A DNA stretch of 64,000 bases from Candidatus Omnitrophota bacterium (GTDB lineage Bacteria; Omnitrophota; Omnitrophia; Omnitrophales; Aquincolibacteriaceae), in the NCBI GenBank assembly GCA_022709525.1, contig JAKLIQ010000002.1:197523-261522 (forward strand), in the 5' to 3' direction. Below are positions 60,241-64,000 of this stretch, one piece after another. Position 1 is the stretch's first letter. Every line of letters starts with the position of its first letter. The translations under genes and the position numbers were made by a program. The notes beneath the pieces are model-generated. The model saw only the letters and a program-made list of their open reading frames with translations, searched no databases and was not told the DNA's origin.

Positions 60241-61196
60241 TTCGTGGTTATTTTAAGACTGGCGGTGTACTGGAGCATCGCATCGACCGCGGCTTTGGCT
60301 TTGAGGCGGATCTCCGCCGGCACCTTGACAACATACTGCATTTTCTCGAGCGAATCTTTGACGTTCTTCAGCGTGGTCATCTTCATCATGGGACAGATCA
60401 GATAATCCGACGCCGGATGGAACGTTTTATCCGGATTTTCTTTCTGAAGGCGGTGGAGCAGCCCTACTTCGGTGCCTACGATAAAAGAAGCGCCGGCCGG
60501 CTGGGATTTGGCATATTTGAGCATGCCGGAAGTGCTTCCGACAAAATCCGCCAGCTCGAGCGTCTCCGGTTTGCATTCCGGATGCATGATAACCTGAGCT
60601 TCAGGCCATTTCTTTTTCGCTTTAGCGATCGCGAAAGGCGAAAGAAGCGCGTGCGTCGGGCAGCAACCGTTCCAGAGAATGATATTTTTTCCCGTTTTCT
60701 TTGCGGCGTAATGGCCGAGATTGTAGTCGGAGACAAAAAGGATCGGCCGGTTGCCTTCGATCGACTCGACGATCTGGATGGCATTGGCGGAAGTGCAGCA
60801 AATATCCGTTTCGGCCTTTACCTCCGCCGAACTGTTCACATAAGTCACAACTATCGCGTTAGGATACTTTTTTTTCGCTTCGCGGAGCTGTTCGGCCGTG
60901 GCGTAATCGGCCAATGTGCAGCCGGCTTCAAGGACGGGCAAAAGGACCGTTTTGTCGGGTGAAAGGATGGCCGCGGTTTCCCCCATGAACTGAACGCCGC
61001 AGAAAACGATCACCTTGGCGGGTGTCTTGGCCGCGATCATGCTAAGCTCGAGGGAATCGCCGGTAAAATCAGCCAAATCCTGGATCTCGGGCGGCTGATA
61101 ATTATGCGCCAGGATCACGGCCTCCCGCTCTTTTTTAAGGCGGCCGATCTGCTGAAGAAGCTCCTGCGATGTCAGGTCTTTTGGAAGATCATTCAT
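60237..61196 (-). CDS. nadA: Quinolinate synthase A
   Basis: ILAHNYQ...TGDSLELS...[11 protein letters not shown]...[10 protein letters not shown] NadA blocks. Start at MNDLPKDL (ATG 61194-61196). Confidence 0.85.
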   Translation of the reverse strand: MNDLPKDLTSQELLQQIGRLKKEREAVILAHNYQPPEIQDLADFTGDSLELSMIAAKTPAKVIVFCGVQFMGETAAILSPDKTVLLPVLEAGCTLADYATAEQLREAKKKYPNAIVVTYVNSSAEVKAETDICCTSANAIQIVESIEGNRPILFVSDYNLGHYAAKKTGKNIILWNGCCPTHALLSPFAIAKAKKKWPEAQVIMHPECKPETLELADFVGSTSGMLKYAKSQPAGASFIVGTEVGLLHRLQKENPDKTFHPASDYLICPMMKMTTLKNVKDSLEKMQYVVKVPAEIRLKAKAAVDAMLQYTASLKITTK

Positions 61197-61256
61197 AAAA
61201 ATGGGGCTCCGAAGAAGGTTTAGTTTACTTGCTTTTCCTCCTGCTGGCAATACACT

Positions 61257-62054
61257 CTAAAGGTTTTCTTTACCTCGACGGCGTTCAGTCGCGGGGCGGC
61301 TAAAGGGTCGGCTTTCCTCGAGTTTCGCCTCATAAACGCTGCGAACTTTGATTCTATCCCCGCACGCCTTACGGAAAATGGCGGTGATCTCGGCGATGTC
61401 TTCCGGCGGCAGCGGCTTTGCCGGTGAGACCCTGAGCGGTGTATTGATCTCGATTTCATCGGGACGGATCTCAAGCGCCATGGCGGCGATCCTCGGCGCT
61501 TCAGCCTTATTTGCGGCCGTGAACATGGCTTGGATCACAAGCTGTCCCTTATAGATCTTGCGAAAACCCGAAAGCCCCTGAAGGATATTTTCAAAAATAA
61601 CATCAAACATAGGGCGATTCACTTTTTTGAATGAATCAGGCGACGCGGCATCAAGTTTCGCCTCGACCCGGTCCGCGAGCAAAAGATCCTGCTGGACATC
61701 CTTACGGTCGATCAAAGACGCGTTCGTGATCACGGCGATCTTTTCACTGCGGACCATTCGAACCGCGCGGATCATTTCCCCGAGATTTTTTGCTAATGTC
61801 GGTTCGCCGTTCCCGGCAAACGTAATATAGTCCACCGCCACATCCGGGACCGAACGAAGCTCGCGAATCACTTCGTCCGTCGGAACAAAGACCTCCCGTT
61901 CGCAGGAAAAAACCTCGGTTCTCCCCGACTGGCAGTAAATACAGTCAAAAGTGCAGGTCTTCTGGAAGGAAGAGATCGGATCGATCCCCAAGGACCTTCC
62001 GATCCTCCAGGAAGAAACGGGACCATAAATGTATTTGTATTTTGACGATTCCAT
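61257..62054 (-). CDS. Radical SAM protein (single CxxxCxxC cluster), function unknown
   Basis: YGPVSSWRIGRSLGID...CTFDCIYCQSG. Start at MESSKYKY (ATG at 62054). Confidence 0.6.
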   Translation of the reverse strand: MESSKYKYIYGPVSSWRIGRSLGIDPISSFQKTCTFDCIYCQSGRTEVFSCEREVFVPTDEVIRELRSVPDVAVDYITFAGNGEPTLAKNLGEMIRAVRMVRSEKIAVITNASLIDRKDVQQDLLLADRVEAKLDAASPDSFKKVNRPMFDVIFENILQGLSGFRKIYKGQLVIQAMFTAANKAEAPRIAAMALEIRPDEIEINTPLRVSPAKPLPPEDIAEITAIFRKACGDRIKVRSVYEAKLEESRPFSRPATERRRGKENL

Positions 62055-62168
62055 ATTTGTCCGCTTTATGAAGAAAACCCCCGCGGTTCTTTCCCGAGGG
62101 GGTTTTGCAAAGCTGTTTCGTATTAAATCACGAAAAACAGCTCTTATCAAACGGATTCCCCTTTGTTT

Positions 62169-63845
62169 CTAAGCCGTGACGCCTCCCAGGATCGTTGCGA
62201 GGTCTTCCTTGGCCGTCGTCACCGGCTTGATATTGAACTTCTCGACCAGCACGCTGAGCACATTCGGGCTCACGAACGCCGGAAGCGAAGGGCCGATCCG
62301 GATATTCTGGATCCCGAGCGCCAAAAGGGTCAACAGGATACAAACGGCCTTTTGCTCGTACCAGGAGAGTATCATTGAAAGCGGCAGGTCATTCACGCCG
62401 CAGCCAAAAGCCTTCGCAAGAGCAACGGCCACCTGGATGGCGGAGTAAGCGTCGTTACACTGCCCCATATCCAAGAGCCGCGGAATGCCGCCGATGTCCC
62501 CAAAATCCAACTTGTTGAAGCGATATTTGCCGCACGCGAGCGTAAGGATCACCGTATCTTTGGGCGCTTGCTGGGCAAAATCAGTGTAGTAATTCCTCCC
62601 GGGTTTGGCGCCGTCGCATCCGCCCACCAGAAAAAAATGTTTGATCTGCCCGGCTTTCACGGCGCCGATGACCTTATCAGCAACACCCAGCACCGCGTTG
62701 TGGCCGAATCCGACCACGATGTTCTTGGCCGGGACATCTTCCTTGAAACCGCCGGTTTCAATCGCCTTCTGGATCACGGCTGAAAAATCCTTTTTTCCGT
62801 CCACGGCAGGAATATGTTTCACTCCCGGCCAGGCCACAAGTCCCGTCGTAAAAATGCGGTCCTTGTAGGTGTCGCGGGGACTCTGGATACAATTGGTGGT
62901 CATCAGGATCGCACCGGGGAAAACGTCAAACTCCTTGGCCTGGTCCTGCCAAGCGCCGCCGTAATTGGCGACAAGATGCTTGTACTTTTTAAGCCCCGGA
63001 TAACCGTGCGCCGGAAGCATCTCGCCATGGGTATAGATATTCACCCCTTTTCCTTCGGTTTGTTGAAGGAGCTGTTCCAGATCAAGGAGATCATGACCCG
63101 ACACCAAGATCGCGGGACCTTTTTTCGTGCCAAGCGATACCGCCGTCGGCACCGGATGACCGAAATGATCCGTATGTGCCTTGTCCAAAAGCTCAAGACA
63201 TTTCAGGTTCACCATCCCGAACTGCATGTTCAGGCCCACAAGATCATTCACGCTCAGGCCGTTATCCGTGAGAGCCTTAAGCCCTTTGTGGAAAAAGGCC
63301 ATCACTTCCTCGTCTTCACGGCCCAACACATGCGCGTGGTCGGCATAAGCCGCCATCCCTTTCAGGCCGTAAAGTAGTAATTCCCGGAGGCTGCGGATAT
63401 CTTCATTGAGGCTCTTATCCGAAAAGATCCCGACCTTGCGTCCCTGTTCCAGAAGCCCCGATAATCCTTCCGCAGGTTTCCAGAAAGCCGCGGCGGGAAG
63501 CTCACCGTCAAAATTATCGGCAAATTTCGACTTATAAGCCTCCAGAAAGATCTTCTTGATCCGTTCCTTGATCTCATAGGCGCGACGCAGGGTGGCCGTC
63601 ATCCTTTCCGGATCAAAATCGACATTGGTCACGGTCGTAAAAAGCCCTTCGACCACGAAAAGATCCGTCTCCCTGTCCCGCACGTCCAATTCCCGCGCGA
63701 GATGCGCGTAGATGGAGATCCCTTTGAGGGCGTGGATCAAAAGATCCTGAAGCGTCGCCACTTCCGGCGTTTTCCCGCAAACTCCGAGATAATCGCAGCC
63801 CTTCCCTTTCGCTGTTTGTTCACACTGATAGCAGAACATGCTCAT
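62169..63845 (-). CDS. hcp: Hydroxylamine reductase / hybrid-cluster protein
   Basis: N-terminal MFCYQCEQT...C...C Cys motif, 558 aa. Sequence is Hcp-family throughout. Confidence 0.9.
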   Translation of the reverse strand: MSMFCYQCEQTAKGKGCDYLGVCGKTPEVATLQDLLIHALKGISIYAHLARELDVRDRETDLFVVEGLFTTVTNVDFDPERMTATLRRAYEIKERIKKIFLEAYKSKFADNFDGELPAAAFWKPAEGLSGLLEQGRKVGIFSDKSLNEDIRSLRELLLYGLKGMAAYADHAHVLGREDEEVMAFFHKGLKALTDNGLSVNDLVGLNMQFGMVNLKCLELLDKAHTDHFGHPVPTAVSLGTKKGPAILVSGHDLLDLEQLLQQTEGKGVNIYTHGEMLPAHGYPGLKKYKHLVANYGGAWQDQAKEFDVFPGAILMTTNCIQSPRDTYKDRIFTTGLVAWPGVKHIPAVDGKKDFSAVIQKAIETGGFKEDVPAKNIVVGFGHNAVLGVADKVIGAVKAGQIKHFFLVGGCDGAKPGRNYYTDFAQQAPKDTVILTLACGKYRFNKLDFGDIGGIPRLLDMGQCNDAYSAIQVAVALAKAFGCGVNDLPLSMILSWYEQKAVCILLTLLALGIQNIRIGPSLPAFVSPNVLSVLVEKFNIKPVTTAKEDLATILGGVTA

Positions 63846-64000
63846 TTTATTTTTCTCCTTTGTGTTTTTCTGATTTTGTTTTCCTTCAAAGTTACTTCAC
63901 TCCGTCCAACATTCAAGTCGGTCCTTTCCGCGGTGCGGCTTCCCGGAAACGGCCCTGAAGACAATTTCACCTGTCCGTGCAACACACATCCTTTTTGAGC

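Noticed and set aside
1-64000. Search for CRISPR arrays, rRNA genes, integrases, transposases and phage genes
   Set aside because: No regularly spaced direct repeats with unique spacers were seen. No rRNA-like conserved stretches and no recombinase or transposase motifs were found in any ORF translation.

Overview
This 64-kb window reads as a gene-dense chromosomal segment of an anaerobic bacterium. The anaerobe call rests on the genes present: 2-oxoacid:ferredoxin oxidoreductase, flavodiiron proteins, rubredoxin, rubrerythrin-like proteins, hybrid-cluster protein and a SUF Fe-S assembly system. Almost all genes are on the minus strand, GC is about 50%, and most starts have clear GGAG-type ribosome-binding sites. 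The one exceptional feature is a single uninterrupted minus-strand reading frame from 15191 to beyond the window start, more than 5063 codons with no stop. The ORF track does not list it because it has no in-window stop. My hand translation shows a mosaic giant protein: an N-terminal signal peptide, a PEP-utilising phosphohistidine domain and TIM-barrel domain (enzyme I or pyruvate phosphate dikinase type), an HPr-like phosphocarrier domain, a GlnD-like ACT domain, a lytic-transglycosylase-like segment, transmembrane helices, then a PAS, HisKA and HATPase_c sensor-kinase module and a second H-box. Two copies of an ~75-bp palindromic repeat with heptanucleotide tandem units sit in frame inside this gene, and related copies lie in two intergenic spacers. 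The remainder, in window order, is: a korAB operon carrying ferritin-like, rubrerythrin-like, msrAB and aldehyde dehydrogenase genes; a flavodiiron protein, rubredoxin, FNR-like reductase and FMN reductase O2/NO detoxification module; homospermidine synthase flanked by two Rnk/GreA-like paralogs; a LysR regulator; tRNA-Lys(UUU); frr-pyrH-tsf-rpsB; aspA coupled to an MshEN-domain protein; metF; a two-component system; an NDP-sugar C-methylation cluster with a GT-C membrane glycosyltransferase; a complete rrf2-sufBCDSUT operon; a secreted NlpC/P60 three-gene operon; typA; cspA; a second flavodiiron protein with nitroreductase and ferritin; ilvD; nadA; a radical SAM gene; and hcp. No CRISPR array, rRNA or obvious mobile element was seen.
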